Position numbers and translations under genes: made by a program. Shown piece by piece: positions 9,352 to 19,809 of a stretch of 64,000 bases of DNA (within the stretch, counting starts at the first letter, position 1; every line of letters starts with the position of its first letter). Source of the stretch: an uncultured delta proteobacterium. GTDB taxonomy: Bacteria; Myxococcota; Myxococcia; Myxococcales; Anaeromyxobacteraceae. The notes beneath the pieces are model-generated. The model was not told the DNA's origin and searched no databases. It saw only the letters and a program-made list of their open reading frames with translations. The DNA lies in contig CAWJSR010000045.1 in assembly GCA_963845515.1 (NCBI GenBank), positions 170,108-234,107 on the forward strand, given 5' to 3'.

Positions 9352-11142
9352 CTACGGCGGCGCCACGGGGGGCTGGCTCGAGACCAGCTTTCCCCCGGCG
9401 CTCACGACGGCGGTCCAGGGCTGCTCGACACCCCGCGACACCCGGACGATCCCCTTCAGCAGCACCGATCCGTCGGGGCGGAGCTCGAGCCCGTCGTTGG
9501 CGTACGGCGAGTTGGGGGCACCGTCGCCGGCGAAGTTGAGGTCCCAGAGGATCTTCCCCTTGGCGTCGAGCCGCACGAGCCGCGCGCTGGGGTTGGCCGC
9601 CGGGTTGGTGTACGAGAGGAAGTAGGCGACGCAGCCGTCGTCCGTCGTCGGGGCGAGCACGCCGCCGGCCTGCTCCTTGAAGCGCTTGTTGGGCAGGACC
9701 CGCTCCCAGAGCCGCTTCCCGGAGGGGCCGACCTTCGCGATGACGGCCGAATTCTCGCCACGGACGCCCGCGACGAACGCCTCGCCCTTCTCGGAGAGGG
9801 CGGCGGACCTGAACTGGCCCATGGGATGCTCCGAGAGCTCGATCCCGGAGCCCTTGGCGTACGCCTGGCCGTTGGCCAGGGTCTCGCCCCGCGCAAGCCT
9901 GGCGGCCGCCTCGCTGCCGGTGGAGGGAGGCGTGATCCGCTCCGGCGGTCTGAGCACCCAGAGCCCCGAGGCGCCCCCGGGGCGATCCTGCCGGCAGCTC
10001 CCCGCGAACAGGTGGCGGCCGTCCATCGTGCCGTGGAAGCCGGGGCTCCCCTTCGAGCAGCCGGGGAAGAGCTCGTCGATGGGGATGGAGGTGATCAACC
10101 TCAGATCTTCCGTGCTCCGCACGTCCACCACCTTCCGCGGCGAGAGCTCGTAGTTGTTGACCACCAGGAAGTAGTCACCGACGGGCGCGACGTGGAGCTC
10201 GTGGATGGTCTTCGTGGCCTGCACGGAGTGGGTCTGCTTCCGGCCGACGACGTCGATGCGGAGCACGGTGCCGGTCTCGTGGGATCCGATCAGCAGGAAG
10301 CGCGAGTCGGGCGTGAAGGCGACGCCGTAGGCGCTCAGGGGGATGGGGTAGGTGTCGACGCGGCGGCTGGCGACGTCCACGACGTAGACCTGTGCCTGCG
10401 GCCGGGCCGGCGCCTTGCGCGCCCCGGCGCGGTCGTCGTACTCGACCAGCGCCAGCCGGCTCCCGTCCGGGCTGAAGCGGGCCGAGTCGATGTTGAGCCG
10501 CCGGGCGCGGCGGGGCGGCTCCAGCGTCAGCTGCCAGTCGATCTCGACGGACGCGAGGTTCACCCGCGCGAGCTCGTAGCGAACAGGGCCGTCGGACATC
10601 TCGGCCCCCTCCGCCCGCACGGCGTACGCGAAGTACCAGTGCGCGTCGGTGGGGTCGTAACCGATCGGATGGAGGTAGCCGCCGGGCACGACGTCCGCGA
10701 GCTTCAGGAGCTTCGAGAACCGGCGGGACCGCTGGTCGTACTGGACGAGCCAGACCGCGACCCGCTTCCACCCGTTCATCTGGTCGACCTGCATCGTCGT
10801 GACGTTGCCGTCGTGGTGGAGGAGCTCCGCCCCCTGCAGACGGTCGATCCCGAGGGTCGCGAGCTGCTCGCGCGGGAAGTCCTGGAAGGGCACCTCGAAG
10901 TCGACGATCGCGAGCGTCGAGAGATCGAGCAGGCGGTAGCGGACGGGCCTGCGCGCGCCAGCGGGCGCGTCCTCGCGGACGGTGCCGAGGAGCCGGTACC
11001 GGCTGGCGCTCAGCATCTTCCACTTGGCCGAGAAGGACGGGCCGTCGCCCATCATCTCCGGCGTGATCTCCTTCGCGAGCCAGAGGGGCTCCGCGGTCAG
11101 CGAGGCGGCCGAGAGGAGCGCTGCGGCGATGAGGTGGCTCAT
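9352..11142 (-). CDS. Secreted beta-propeller protein
   Basis: Signal peptide; repeats FSPDGSRL, FTPDSRFL, LDAKGKILW. Confidence 0.75.
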   Translation of the reverse strand: MSHLIAAALLSAASLTAEPLWLAKEITPEMMGDGPSFSAKWKMLSASRYRLLGTVREDAPAGARRPVRYRLLDLSTLAIVDFEVPFQDFPREQLATLGIDRLQGAELLHHDGNVTTMQVDQMNGWKRVAVWLVQYDQRSRRFSKLLKLADVVPGGYLHPIGYDPTDAHWYFAYAVRAEGAEMSDGPVRYELARVNLASVEIDWQLTLEPPRRARRLNIDSARFSPDGSRLALVEYDDRAGARKAPARPQAQVYVVDVASRRVDTYPIPLSAYGVAFTPDSRFLLIGSHETGTVLRIDVVGRKQTHSVQATKTIHELHVAPVGDYFLVVNNYELSPRKVVDVRSTEDLRLITSIPIDELFPGCSKGSPGFHGTMDGRHLFAGSCRQDRPGGASGLWVLRPPERITPPSTGSEAAARLARGETLANGQAYAKGSGIELSEHPMGQFRSAALSEKGEAFVAGVRGENSAVIAKVGPSGKRLWERVLPNKRFKEQAGGVLAPTTDDGCVAYFLSYTNPAANPSARLVRLDAKGKILWDLNFAGDGAPNSPYANDGLELRPDGSVLLKGIVRVSRGVEQPWTAVVSAGGKLVSSQPPVAPP

Positions 11143-11272
11143 GGTTGCTCGCCCGGCTTCGAACCGCGAGGGAAGTGCGACTCCTGCAATTGGAGGCCGC
11201 GCCCGTGGGAATCCGGGCGCGGCCCCTGCCTACACGTTCGCGACGTGGCGGGTCCCACTCGGGACCCGGCCG

Positions 11273-12448
11273 TCACTGGTTCAGGATCGGGTTGTAGCTC
11301 TCGTCGTAGCAGCCCACCACCTTGTCCGTTCCGGGAATGAGGCTGTGCCCGCCGGCCAGCCGCGAGTTGCCCACGAAGACGCGGTCGTCCGTTCCATTCT
11401 CCACCTTCGTGATCGCCAGGATTCCGCCCGAGATGCTGGAGTTGTTGATGGCGTACGGACCGGAGCCTCCCTGGGACGAGTTGTGATCCCTGGTGATGAG
11501 CCCGTACGCCGGGCCGCTCAGGACTGAGCCGTCGACCGTATAGTGCGAGCCGGTCAACGCAGCGGCGTCGACCGGGGGCGCAGCGAGGGTGACCTCCACC
11601 CGTGACCCACGGATCGTCGCCGACGTGTTCCAGTAGGTGAGGACGCCGAAGTTTCCGTTGTCGACGCTTGCGGTGGAGCGGACGGTGATCTCGCTGTTCA
11701 CGATGAGCGCGCTGCCACCCTCCACCATGACGCCATATCCGGAATTCGCCACGTTGACCGAGATGACGCTGTCCCGAATCGTCGGGCTGGACGTAATGAT
11801 CGCCTCGGCATCAAAGGCGCCGCTGATCTCGATGACGCTCCTGGACAGCAGTAGCGAGCCGAAGCTGTAGAACGCGATGTCCATTCCGGACGACACGAGC
11901 TTAGAGTCCTCGATCTCGACCGGACCATCGCCGAACTGGACGATGCCGCGGCCCGAGGTGCTCGGCATCTGCAGCACGACCTTGCGGAGCGCGACGACGC
12001 CGCTGTGGGTTCCGAGCCGGATGCCATACATCGCGCGCTGCTGGATCGTGAGGTTCCGAACCGAGAACCCGGCCACCGCCGCGGTCCCGTTGATCGCGGG
12101 GTTCGTGCCGTCGTCCTGAAGGATCGTCCCCTCGCCAATCCCCTCGATGTCGACGAAGTCCTTGGCGGTGATCGACTCGGTGTAGGTGCCGGGCATCACT
12201 TGCACGACGAAGCGGTTCGTGGCGCTCGCCCCGGTGATCGAGTTGATCGCGCCCTGGATCGTGGCGAAGGTCCGGGCGTCATCGACCGGCGCCTTCTGCA
12301 CGATCCGGACGTTGTCCGGAATGTTCCACGGGTACTTGGTCAAGGGAGCGGCGACCGTCATCGCCGGCACGAGCGCGGCAAGAACTGCGGCACTGCGTGC
12401 GGCGCGCGTCACGAAGGCGCTGGTTTTGATCATGTCGATGTAGTGCAT
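11273..12448 (-). CDS. Secreted right-handed beta-helix (pectin-lyase-like) protein
   Basis: AAGGAGG RBS; FATIQGAINSI...VMPGTYTESI motif followed by I(R)DS(V)I-type repeats. Confidence 0.75.
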   Translation of the reverse strand: MHYIDMIKTSAFVTRAARSAAVLAALVPAMTVAAPLTKYPWNIPDNVRIVQKAPVDDARTFATIQGAINSITGASATNRFVVQVMPGTYTESITAKDFVDIEGIGEGTILQDDGTNPAINGTAAVAGFSVRNLTIQQRAMYGIRLGTHSGVVALRKVVLQMPSTSGRGIVQFGDGPVEIEDSKLVSSGMDIAFYSFGSLLLSRSVIEISGAFDAEAIITSSPTIRDSVISVNVANSGYGVMVEGGSALIVNSEITVRSTASVDNGNFGVLTYWNTSATIRGSRVEVTLAAPPVDAAALTGSHYTVDGSVLSGPAYGLITRDHNSSQGGSGPYAINNSSISGGILAITKVENGTDDRVFVGNSRLAGGHSLIPGTDKVVGCYDESYNPILNQ

Positions 12449-12746
12449 TGTCCCCTCCTTAAGGGAGGTGCGACTCGACCACACCCGTATGGACCCCTCA
12501 ATGCGACAATACGCCGCAGCCGATATTGGCTCGGGATAACAGGCTCTTAGGCTGCAGTGGCGGCGGGTTGGCGGACCCAGCGTGTGTGTCGTACCGTGAG
12601 CAAAGCACACACGCGCCCCCGCGGGCTGACGTTCCGTTATCTGCGGAATGGCCCGGAAGGTTACTCGAGGGAGAGCTTGCCTGGACGGAGGTAGGTCTTC
12701 CGCTCCTGCATGTCGTTCCGTCCTTCCATTCCAGGATCGACGCAGC

Positions 12747-13421
12747 TCACGCGTGGGTCCGCTCCAGGGGTAGGCCGAGCGCCGCCCAGTCGAGCACCCC
12801 CTCCTCCAGGCGTACGGCCTTGAACCCCTTGGCCCGGAGCTGCTTCACGGCCTCGATGGCCAGCACGCAGTACGGGCCCCGGCAGTAGGCGACGACCTCG
12901 CGCCGCTTCGGGAGACTGGCGAGCTGCCTGGCCAGCTCGGGGAGAGGGACCGAGAGGGCCCCGGGGATGTGGCCGGAGGCGAACTCCTCGGGCGGCCGCA
13001 CGTCGAGCAGCGTCACCTCGCCCTTGCGGACCCGGGCGCGGAGCGCCTTCTCGTCGATGGGCTCGGTCTGCGCGTTCTCGGCGAGGAAGGCCCGCGTGAT
13101 CTTCTCGACCTCCGCGAGGCGCGCCTCCGCGACCTTCCGCACGGCGAGCAGGAGATCGCCGACGGACGGATGGGCGAGGCGGTAGGTGACGAAGAGCCCC
13201 TCCTTGGTCGACTCCACCAGCCCGGCGCCGCGGAGCACCTGGAGGTGCGCCGAGGTGTTCGCGACGGACATGTCGGTGAGGCGCGCTAGCGCCTCGACCG
13301 TGCGGGGCCCCTGCGCCAGGAGCTCGACCAGCTCGACGCGGTGTCCGCTGCCGAGCGCCTTGGAGACGCGGGCGAACTGCTCGTAGATCGCGGTCTTGAA
13401 GCGGCGGCCGGGGGTGGTCAC
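12747..13421 (-). CDS. ArsR/SmtB regulator fused to rhodanese domain
   Basis: ArsR HTH (ANTSAHLQVLR); DVRPPEEF..GHIPGA and active-site YCRGPYC. Confidence 0.92.
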   Translation of the reverse strand: MTTPGRRFKTAIYEQFARVSKALGSGHRVELVELLAQGPRTVEALARLTDMSVANTSAHLQVLRGAGLVESTKEGLFVTYRLAHPSVGDLLLAVRKVAEARLAEVEKITRAFLAENAQTEPIDEKALRARVRKGEVTLLDVRPPEEFASGHIPGALSVPLPELARQLASLPKRREVVAYCRGPYCVLAIEAVKQLRAKGFKAVRLEEGVLDWAALGLPLERTHA

Positions 13422-13538
13422 GGGATGCTCCGGTGTTCGTGGAAGTCCTTGAATATGGACGCCCGCCGGGTGCGTCAAGCCCCGACCGAGGCGCGAGCCA
13501 GCACGCCGACCTCGACGACGGCTTGACGGACTACGCTA

Positions 13539-13554
13539 CTACTCAATAGAGTAG
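13539..13554. promoter_or_regulatory. Inverted repeat, putative ArsR-rhodanese operator
   Basis: CTACTC-AATA-GAGTAG downstream of a TTGACG in the divergent intergenic region. Confidence 0.5.
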
Positions 13555-13578
13555 GCGATTAGTCTCCGAGGAGGTCGC

Positions 13579-14103
13579 ATGAAGAGAAACAACGTGAATC
13601 TCGCGGCGGTGGGCGCCCTGGCGGAGCGCGCGAAGGCGGACCCGGGCGCGGCGAAGCTGCTGAAGCGCGTCGAGGGGGGCTGGAGCCTCCGTGACGGCTC
13701 CCCGCAGTTCACCGCGACTGTCGCCCACGGTGAGGGTGCGTCCGTGCTGGCTGCCGACATGGCGGCCACGTTCGGCGGCGCCGGGCTCGCCCCGGATCCG
13801 CTCCAGTACATGCTCTTCGGCCTCGCGGCCTGCTACACGGCGACGCTCGTCATGATCGCGTCCATGGAGGGCGTCGACCTCGGCGAGGTGAGGTCCGTCG
13901 CGGAGAGCGCCGTCGACGTCTCTCCGGTGTTCGGCCTCGGAGAGCGACCGCTCGTCGAGCGGGTCTCGGTGCGCGTCACCGTGAGCGCGGCCGTCGATGA
14001 CGCCACGCTCGCGCGCTGGACGGAGGGCGCGAGGGCCAAGTGCCCCTTCGCCTTCACCGTCGCCAACGCGATCCCGCTGGAGACCCGCGTCGAGCGGGCG
14101 TGA
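13579..14103 (+). CDS. OsmC-family protein
   Basis: FGG...PDPLQYMLFGLAAC and second Cys in KCPF. Confidence 0.85.
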   Translation: MKRNNVNLAAVGALAERAKADPGAAKLLKRVEGGWSLRDGSPQFTATVAHGEGASVLAADMAATFGGAGLAPDPLQYMLFGLAACYTATLVMIASMEGVDLGEVRSVAESAVDVSPVFGLGERPLVERVSVRVTVSAAVDDATLARWTEGARAKCPFAFTVANAIPLETRVERA

Positions 14104-14171
14104 CCGGCGCCAGCCTCGACCAGACCCGCACCGCCCCGTCGACGGGGCACCACTCTCTAAGGACCCCTCCG

Positions 14172-14528
14172 ATGAGCGTCCTCATCGTCTTCAACCACGA
14201 GCCCTACGACGGCACCGACGTCACCTGGAACGGCCTGCGCCTCGCGGGCAAGCTTCGCGAGAGCGGCCAGGAGGTGCGGATCTTCCTCATGAACGACGCG
14301 GTCGACATGGCGCGCGACGCCCTGAAGAAGCCGGACGCGTACGATCAGGATCTCGTCCAGATGCTCAAGGATCTGATCGCGCAGGGAGCGACCGTCAAGG
14401 TCTGCGGCACCTGCATGGCGCGGTGCGGGATTCACAAGAACCAGCCGTACTTCCCGGGCGCCGAGAAGTCGACGATGGCCCAGCTCGCGAGCTGGGTGGT
14501 CGAGAGCGACCGCGTCATCTCGTTCTGA
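14172..14528 (+). CDS. DsrE/YchN-family sulfur-relay protein
   Basis: EPYDG...IFLMNDAV...VCGTCMARCG. Confidence 0.88.
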   Translation: MSVLIVFNHEPYDGTDVTWNGLRLAGKLRESGQEVRIFLMNDAVDMARDALKKPDAYDQDLVQMLKDLIAQGATVKVCGTCMARCGIHKNQPYFPGAEKSTMAQLASWVVESDRVISF

Positions 14529-14627
14529 CGTCAGTAGGCGAGGAGGAGGTCGCGCAGCGGGACCACGAGCAGCCGGTCGTCACCGAGGTCCGACGAGTCC
14601 CGCGTGACGAGGAGTCGCCGTCGGCAG

Positions 14628-15077
14628 TCAGCGGCGAAACACGGCGGCGAGGCGGCGGCGAAGCTCATCGCGGACTTCACGGAACGCCTGGAGCCGTGAG
14701 GGCTCGTCCCCGGTCACCGCCCCTGGATCGGGCAGCCCCCAGTGGACGCGGAGCGCCTTCCCCAGGAAGACCGGGCAGACCTCCTCGGCGCAGAGGGTGA
14801 TGACGGCATCCACGTCGTCGGGCGGGATGTCGGCCACGCTCTTCGAGTAGTGGCCGCTGATGTCGATGCCGATCTCGGCGAGGGCGCGGACCGCGAGCGG
14901 GTTGAGCCGGGACGGAGCGGAGCCCGCCGAGGAGACCTTCACGCTCGCGGGCGCGAGTGACCGCGCGATCCCCTCGGCCAGCTGGCTGCGCGCCGAGTTG
15001 GCGACACAGAGGAAGAGGAGGTGGCGCGGCCGTGCGGCCCGGATCGTCTCCGCGTCCCGCTCCCAGCCCTGGCTCAC
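14628..15077 (-). CDS. arsC: Arsenate reductase (LMW-PTP/thioredoxin type)
   Basis: [35 protein letters not shown] overlaps the acr3 stop. Confidence 0.92.
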   Translation of the reverse strand: MSQGWERDAETIRAARPRHLLFLCVANSARSQLAEGIARSLAPASVKVSSAGSAPSRLNPLAVRALAEIGIDISGHYSKSVADIPPDDVDAVITLCAEEVCPVFLGKALRVHWGLPDPGAVTGDEPSRLQAFREVRDELRRRLAAVFRR

Positions 15078-16201
15078 GGCGCTCTCCGAGCGGCCGGTCC
15101 GTCGACCGCGACCGTGCAGTTGGCCACGCGCGCGAGCTCGCCCGTCTCCCCTGGGAACCAACGGTCGCGAAGCCGGAGCGCGACGTTCACGAGCCCGATG
15201 AGGACCGGCACCTCGACGAGCGGGCCGATGACGGCGGCGAAGGCGGCGCCGTGGTGCATTCCGAAGGTGGCGACGGCGACGGCGATGGCCAGCTCGAAGT
15301 TGTTGGAGGAGGCGGTGAAGGAGAGGGTCGCCGTCTGGCCGTATGTCGCCCCCAGCCTGCGGCTCATGAAGAAGGAGACGAAGAACATGACGACGAAGTA
15401 GATGAGCAGCGGGATGGCGATCCGGACCACGTCGAGCGGGAGCTGCACGATCGTCTCGCCCTTGAGCGAGAACATGACGACGATGGTGAAGAGGAGCGCG
15501 ACGAGCGTGATGGGCGAGATCCGCGGGATGAACACCTCCCGGTACCAGCCCTCGCCCTCGAGCGCCCGCAGCCCGAAGCGGCTCGCGATCCCGGCGATGA
15601 AGGGGATGCCGAGGTAGATGAAGACGCTCTTCGCGATCTCGCCGATCGTGATGTGGACCTCGGCCCCCTGGAGCCCCAGCCACCCCGGCAGCACCGTGAT
15701 GAAGACCCAGGCGTAGACCGAGAAGAAGAGGACCTGGAAGATCGAGTTGAAGGCGACGAGCCCGGCGCAGTACTCGGTGTCGCCGCCGGCGAGGTCGTTC
15801 CAGACGATGACCATCGCGATGCAGCGGGCGAGGCCGATCATGATCAGCCCGACCATGTACTCGGGCTTGTCGCGCAGGAAGACGACCGCCAGCGCGAACA
15901 TCAGGATCGGCCCGACGATCCAGTTCTGGACGAGCGAGAGCGTGAGGACGCGCACGTTCTTCAGGACGCGCGGCAGCTCCTCGTACCGGACCTTGGCGAG
16001 GGGCGGGTACATCATGAGGATGAGGCCGGCCGCGATCGGGAGCGACGTCGTCCCGACGGACATCCGGTCGAGCAGCGGAACGACGCCCGGCGCGAGGAAG
16101 CCGAGCGCGACGCCGGCCCCCATGGCGACGAAGATCCAGAGCGTCAGGTACCGGTCGAGGAAGGAGAGGCGGCGGGCGACGCCGGCGACGGGCTGGTTCA
16201 C
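15074..16201 (-). CDS. acr3: Acr3 arsenite efflux transporter
   Basis: [47 protein letters not shown]. Confidence 0.96.
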   Translation of the reverse strand: MNQPVAGVARRLSFLDRYLTLWIFVAMGAGVALGFLAPGVVPLLDRMSVGTTSLPIAAGLILMMYPPLAKVRYEELPRVLKNVRVLTLSLVQNWIVGPILMFALAVVFLRDKPEYMVGLIMIGLARCIAMVIVWNDLAGGDTEYCAGLVAFNSIFQVLFFSVYAWVFITVLPGWLGLQGAEVHITIGEIAKSVFIYLGIPFIAGIASRFGLRALEGEGWYREVFIPRISPITLVALLFTIVVMFSLKGETIVQLPLDVVRIAIPLLIYFVVMFFVSFFMSRRLGATYGQTATLSFTASSNNFELAIAVAVATFGMHHGAAFAAVIGPLVEVPVLIGLVNVALRLRDRWFPGETGELARVANCTVAVDGPAARRAP

Positions 16202-16217
16202 TCGTGGCTCCCTGAGG

Positions 16218-16568
16218 CTAGAGGCTTCCGATGAGCGCCCGTAGGCGCCGAAGGGCGCGGGGCTCCAGGCAGTAGCAGACGCGCGGGCCGTCGATCTCGC
16301 CGCGGATGAGCCCGGCCTCCTTGAGCACCTTGAGGTGCTGCGAGACGGTGGACTGCGCCAGGGGCAGCTCGTCGACGATGTCGCCGCAGATGCAGGCGGT
16401 GCGCCGGCCGAGGAGCCGAAGGATCTGGACACGCGCAGGGTGGCCCACGGCCCTGGTGAGGAGCGCCAGCTCCTCGTCTGCGGCTGGTCCCTCCACCGGG
16501 CGGACGTCCGGCCCCTCGTCAGGTGGAGGTGGCGGCTCGCATACGACCTTCTTGAGGGGAGTGACCAT
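16218..16568 (-). CDS. arsR: ArsR repressor
   Basis: GHPARVQIL...CICGDIV...[11 protein letters not shown]...CYC; first gene of the ars operon. Confidence 0.92.
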   Translation of the reverse strand: MVTPLKKVVCEPPPPPDEGPDVRPVEGPAADEELALLTRAVGHPARVQILRLLGRRTACICGDIVDELPLAQSTVSQHLKVLKEAGLIRGEIDGPRVCYCLEPRALRRLRALIGSL

Positions 16569-16714
16569 GGCTATCGGTGGTCTACGATAGGCCGGGTTCT
16601 GACGCAAGGGCGGGCTTGACCGAAGCGCCTGTTGGCGCCGCGCATCATCGGTGCTAAACGATGAGCCTCCACGTCGCCCGCGCCGCGCTCACGGCGCTCC
16701 TGGGAGCCAGACAG

Positions 16715-17176
16715 ATGAGAACGAGCCGGACCATCCTGCCCTGGGCCGCAGCAGCGGCCCTGGTCGCCTTCGCGTCGGGCTGCGGCAACGGGCGGGCGAG
16801 TCCGGGCAGCGGCGCGCCCGCCGACTGCACCTCAGCGGCTGCAGGCCAGGCCTCCTGCGCGCCCACTGCCGCCGCCCAGTCGGTGCCGAGCAGTGCCCGG
16901 ACGCCGCGCCTCGTCGACGTCGGCGCGGGGAAGTGCATCCCGTGCAAGGCGATGGCGCCGATCCTCGACCAGCTGCGAAGCGACTTCGCCGGGCGCATGC
17001 AGGTCGAATTCGTCGACGTCTGGGTGAACCCCGCCGCGGGCGAGCCCTACGCCATCCGCGTGATGCCGACGCAGATCTTCTACGGCGCGGACGGGATCGA
17101 GCTCAGTCGCCACGAGGGGTTCATGTCCCGTGAGGAGATCCTCGGGCGATGGAAGTCCCACGGGTTCGCGTTCTGA
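16715..17176 (+). CDS. Thioredoxin-like lipoprotein
   Basis: Lipobox-like ASGC; CIPC active site; MPTQIF. Confidence 0.85.
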   Translation: MRTSRTILPWAAAAALVAFASGCGNGRASPGSGAPADCTSAAAGQASCAPTAAAQSVPSSARTPRLVDVGAGKCIPCKAMAPILDQLRSDFAGRMQVEFVDVWVNPAAGEPYAIRVMPTQIFYGADGIELSRHEGFMSREEILGRWKSHGFAF

Positions 17177-17186
17177 GGGTGCGTCG

Positions 17187-17894
17187 GTGGTAGAGCTCCT
17201 AACCGCGTTCGGCCGCGCGTTCGAGGCCTCCGCGGGGCTGGCCCTCCCCGCGGCCTTCGTGTGGGGGCTGCTCTCGGTCGCGCTGAGCCCGTGCCACCTC
17301 TCCAGCATCCCGCTCGTCGTCGCCTACATGAGCGGAGGAGAGGAGCTGCCCACCAGCCGGCGCGCCGTGCTCCTCTCGAGCAGCTTCGCGCTGGGGATCC
17401 TCGCCTCCATCGCGGTCATCGGCGCAGCGACCGCCGCTGCCGGACGGATGGTGGGAGACGTGGGGAGGGCAGGGACCTGGGTGCTCGCCGGGGTCTTCCT
17501 TGCCGTGGGGCTCAACCTGATCGGCGTGCTTCCGCTGCCGGCGTGGTCGACTCCATCCGGCGCACCGGCGCGGCGGGGACCATGGGGCGCGCTCCTGCTC
17601 GGCCTCCTCTTCGGCGCCGCGCTCGGCCCCTGCACCTTCGCCTTCATGGCGCCGCTGCTGGGGTTGGCGTTCCGCGCCGGCGCGGAGCGGGCCCTCTACG
17701 GCGTGCTGCTCGTCGCGCTCTACGGGCTCGGCCACTCGCTCGCCATCGTGGCTGCGGGGGCCTCCGCCCAGAACGTGCAGCGCTGGCTCGCGTGGAAGGG
17801 CGGCGCCCGGGCGGTCTCCGTCCTCCGCGTGCTCGCCGGCCTCGCGGTCATCGCCGGCGGCCTCTACTTCGTAAGCACGGTCGCGCGCTGGTGA
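17187..17894 (+). CDS. CcdA/DsbD-family membrane disulfide reductase
   Basis: LSPCHL and GPCTF motifs; about six TM segments. Confidence 0.88.
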   Translation: MVELLTAFGRAFEASAGLALPAAFVWGLLSVALSPCHLSSIPLVVAYMSGGEELPTSRRAVLLSSSFALGILASIAVIGAATAAAGRMVGDVGRAGTWVLAGVFLAVGLNLIGVLPLPAWSTPSGAPARRGPWGALLLGLLFGAALGPCTFAFMAPLLGLAFRAGAERALYGVLLVALYGLGHSLAIVAAGASAQNVQRWLAWKGGARAVSVLRVLAGLAVIAGGLYFVSTVARW

Positions 17895-18898
17895 CCGCCG
17901 CACTCCTCGCGCTCGGGCTCGCCGCCTGGCTCGCCGCCTACTCGGCCGTGAAGCCACTCTCCGAGTGGCTCAGCTTCAGCGTCCTCGGCTTGACCCGCGG
18001 CTCGCGCCTCGGCGAGAGCGTCGCCTTCTTCCTCTACGACACGCCAAAGGTCCTGCTGCTCCTGACGCTGATCGTCTTCCTCGTCGGGATCGCGCGGTCC
18101 TTCTTCACGCCCGAGCGGACGCGCGCGATCCTCGCCGGGAAGCGGGAGTCGGTCGGGAACGTCCTGGCAGCGCTGCTCGGCATCGTGACCCCCTTCTGCT
18201 CCTGCTCGGCGGTGCCGCTCTTCATCGGCTTCGTCGAGGTCGGGATCCCGCTCGGCGTGACGCTCTCGTTCCTGATCTCGGCCCCGATGGTGAACGAGGT
18301 CGCGCTGGTGCTCCTCTTCGGCCTCTTCGGCTGGAAGGTGGCCGCGCTCTACCTCGGCACCGGCCTCACGATCGCGATCGCGTCAGGCTTCGTCCTCGGT
18401 CGCCTGAGGCTGGAGCGCTGGGTCGAGCCGTGGGTCTACGAGTCGATGAACGCGAGCGCCGCCTACGAGAAGGAGCGGCTCGGCTTCACAGGGCGCGTCG
18501 CGAAGGGGCTCGACGCGGTCCGCGAGATCGTCGGCAAGGTCTGGCCCTGGGTGCTGGGCGGGATCGCGGTAGGGGCCGGCATCCACGGCTACGTGCCCGA
18601 GGGGTTCCTCGTGAGCTTCATGGGGAAGTCTGCGTGGTGGTCGGTGCCGGTCGCGGTGCTGATCGGCGTCCCGATGTACTCGAACGCCGCCGGGATCATC
18701 CCGGTGGTCGAGGCGCTCCTCGACAAGGGGGCCGCGCTCGGGACGGTGCTCGCCTTCATGATGGCGGTGATCGCCCTCTCGCTGCCGGAGATGATCATCC
18801 TGCGCAAGGTGCTCCGGCCGAAGCTCATCGCGACCTTCGTCGGCGTGGTGGCGGGCGGCATCCTGCTGGTCGGCTGGCTGTTCAACGCGGTGCTGTGA
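17891..18898 (+). CDS. arsP: ArsP/DUF318 permease
   Basis: TPFCSCSAVPLF, SAPMVNE, GVPMY, LSLPE motifs. Confidence 0.88.
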   Translation: MTAALLALGLAAWLAAYSAVKPLSEWLSFSVLGLTRGSRLGESVAFFLYDTPKVLLLLTLIVFLVGIARSFFTPERTRAILAGKRESVGNVLAALLGIVTPFCSCSAVPLFIGFVEVGIPLGVTLSFLISAPMVNEVALVLLFGLFGWKVAALYLGTGLTIAIASGFVLGRLRLERWVEPWVYESMNASAAYEKERLGFTGRVAKGLDAVREIVGKVWPWVLGGIAVGAGIHGYVPEGFLVSFMGKSAWWSVPVAVLIGVPMYSNAAGIIPVVEALLDKGAALGTVLAFMMAVIALSLPEMIILRKVLRPKLIATFVGVVAGGILLVGWLFNAVL

Positions 18899-18912
18899 GG
18901 AGGCGACAGGCG

Positions 18913-19146
18913 ATGAAGATCCAGGTGCTCGGGACCGGCTGCGCGAAGTGCAAGCAGCTCACGGCGAACGCGGAGAAGGCGGTGGCAGCGCTGGGGCTCG
19001 GCGTCCCCGTCGAGAAGGTGGAGGACGTCCGCGAGATCATGAAGTTCAAGGTGATGTCCACGCCGGCCCTCGCGGTGGACGGCAAGGTGGTGTCGGCGGG
19101 GAAGCTGCTCGCGCCTGCCGAGGTGATGGAGCTGCTGAAGGGCTGA
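18913..19146 (+). CDS. Small redox-active disulfide protein (thioredoxin-like)
   Basis: MKIQVLGTGCAKC...VMSTPALAVDG; usual ArsP partner. Confidence 0.92.
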   Translation: MKIQVLGTGCAKCKQLTANAEKAVAALGLGVPVEKVEDVREIMKFKVMSTPALAVDGKVVSAGKLLAPAEVMELLKG

Positions 19147-19180
19147 CCGAAGGGGTCCCACGCCCTCGTGGACCCCTCGG
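19147..19180. terminator. GC-rich hairpin between convergent genes
   Basis: AGGGGTCC(C)ACG / CGTGGACCCCT stem. Confidence 0.45.
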
Positions 19181-19251
19181 AGAGCCTTGCCTCCCTGACG
19201 CCTGCGCCACCCCGTGGGGTGAAACGCAGGCGCCTCGAGACGGACCACCGG

Positions 19252-19572
19252 TCACCTGTGGAGGCACGTGCTCGCGACCATGACGGCATGGCTCGGGTCG
19301 CAGTGCGGCGCAGCCTTGGTGGGCAGCGGGACATCGATCGGGTACTGGACGTCCTCGTAGGCCGCCACGAGGCCGCGGGCGGGCCCCGGAGAGTCCTTCA
19401 CGACCACCGCGTGAGCTCCGAGATAGGTCACGTCGGACGTCACGATCGGCTCCGAGTCGAGCCGGGTGGCGAAGACCTTCTCCTGCACGGGGTACTCCAC
19501 CTCGTCGGCGCGAGCGGACGTCGCGGCGAGGGCGATGGCTGCAGCGAATGAAGCCAGGAAGACGTTACGCAT
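19252..19572 (-). CDS. Small secreted hypothetical protein
   Basis: Signal peptide MRNVFLASFAAAIALAATSARA; GAGG RBS; sigma54 site upstream. Confidence 0.65.
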   Translation of the reverse strand: MRNVFLASFAAAIALAATSARADEVEYPVQEKVFATRLDSEPIVTSDVTYLGAHAVVVKDSPGPARGLVAAYEDVQYPIDVPLPTKAAPHCDPSHAVMVASTCLHR

Positions 19573-19648
19573 TTGATGCCTCTTGAAGCCGGTTGGCGTG
19601 TGGACTCGGCGTCGGACCGGATGCCGCCGTCGCGTCTCCTGGTTCAAT

Positions 19649-19664
19649 TGCAGCTCGCGTGCCG
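19649..19664 (-). promoter_or_regulatory. Sigma54 (-24/-12) promoter
   Basis: Minus strand CGGCACG-CGAG-CTGCA (GG-N10-GC). Confidence 0.6.
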
Positions 19665-19809
19665 TCGCCACGACTTGCGCAATTCCGCTGGCATAGGCTC
19701 CTGACGAGCCTCCTTTCAGGCTCAGCGGCCGTCACCACCCTGGTTACGGTGTGATCGATCGAGGGCGTGGAGCCGACCGCCGGGAGGAAGGCTCACCGAT
19801 CGGCCGGGC

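Noticed and set aside
5410..11340. Long antisense ORFs (1193 aa, 765 aa) and similar shadow ORFs across the window
   Set aside because: Arg/Ala/Gly-rich translations opposite well-supported genes, expected in high-GC DNA
12450..12740. Possible riboswitch upstream of the beta-helix gene
   Set aside because: Hairpins exist (CGTGTGTG/CACACACG) but I could not match the conserved motifs of any riboswitch class; an Rfam scan is needed
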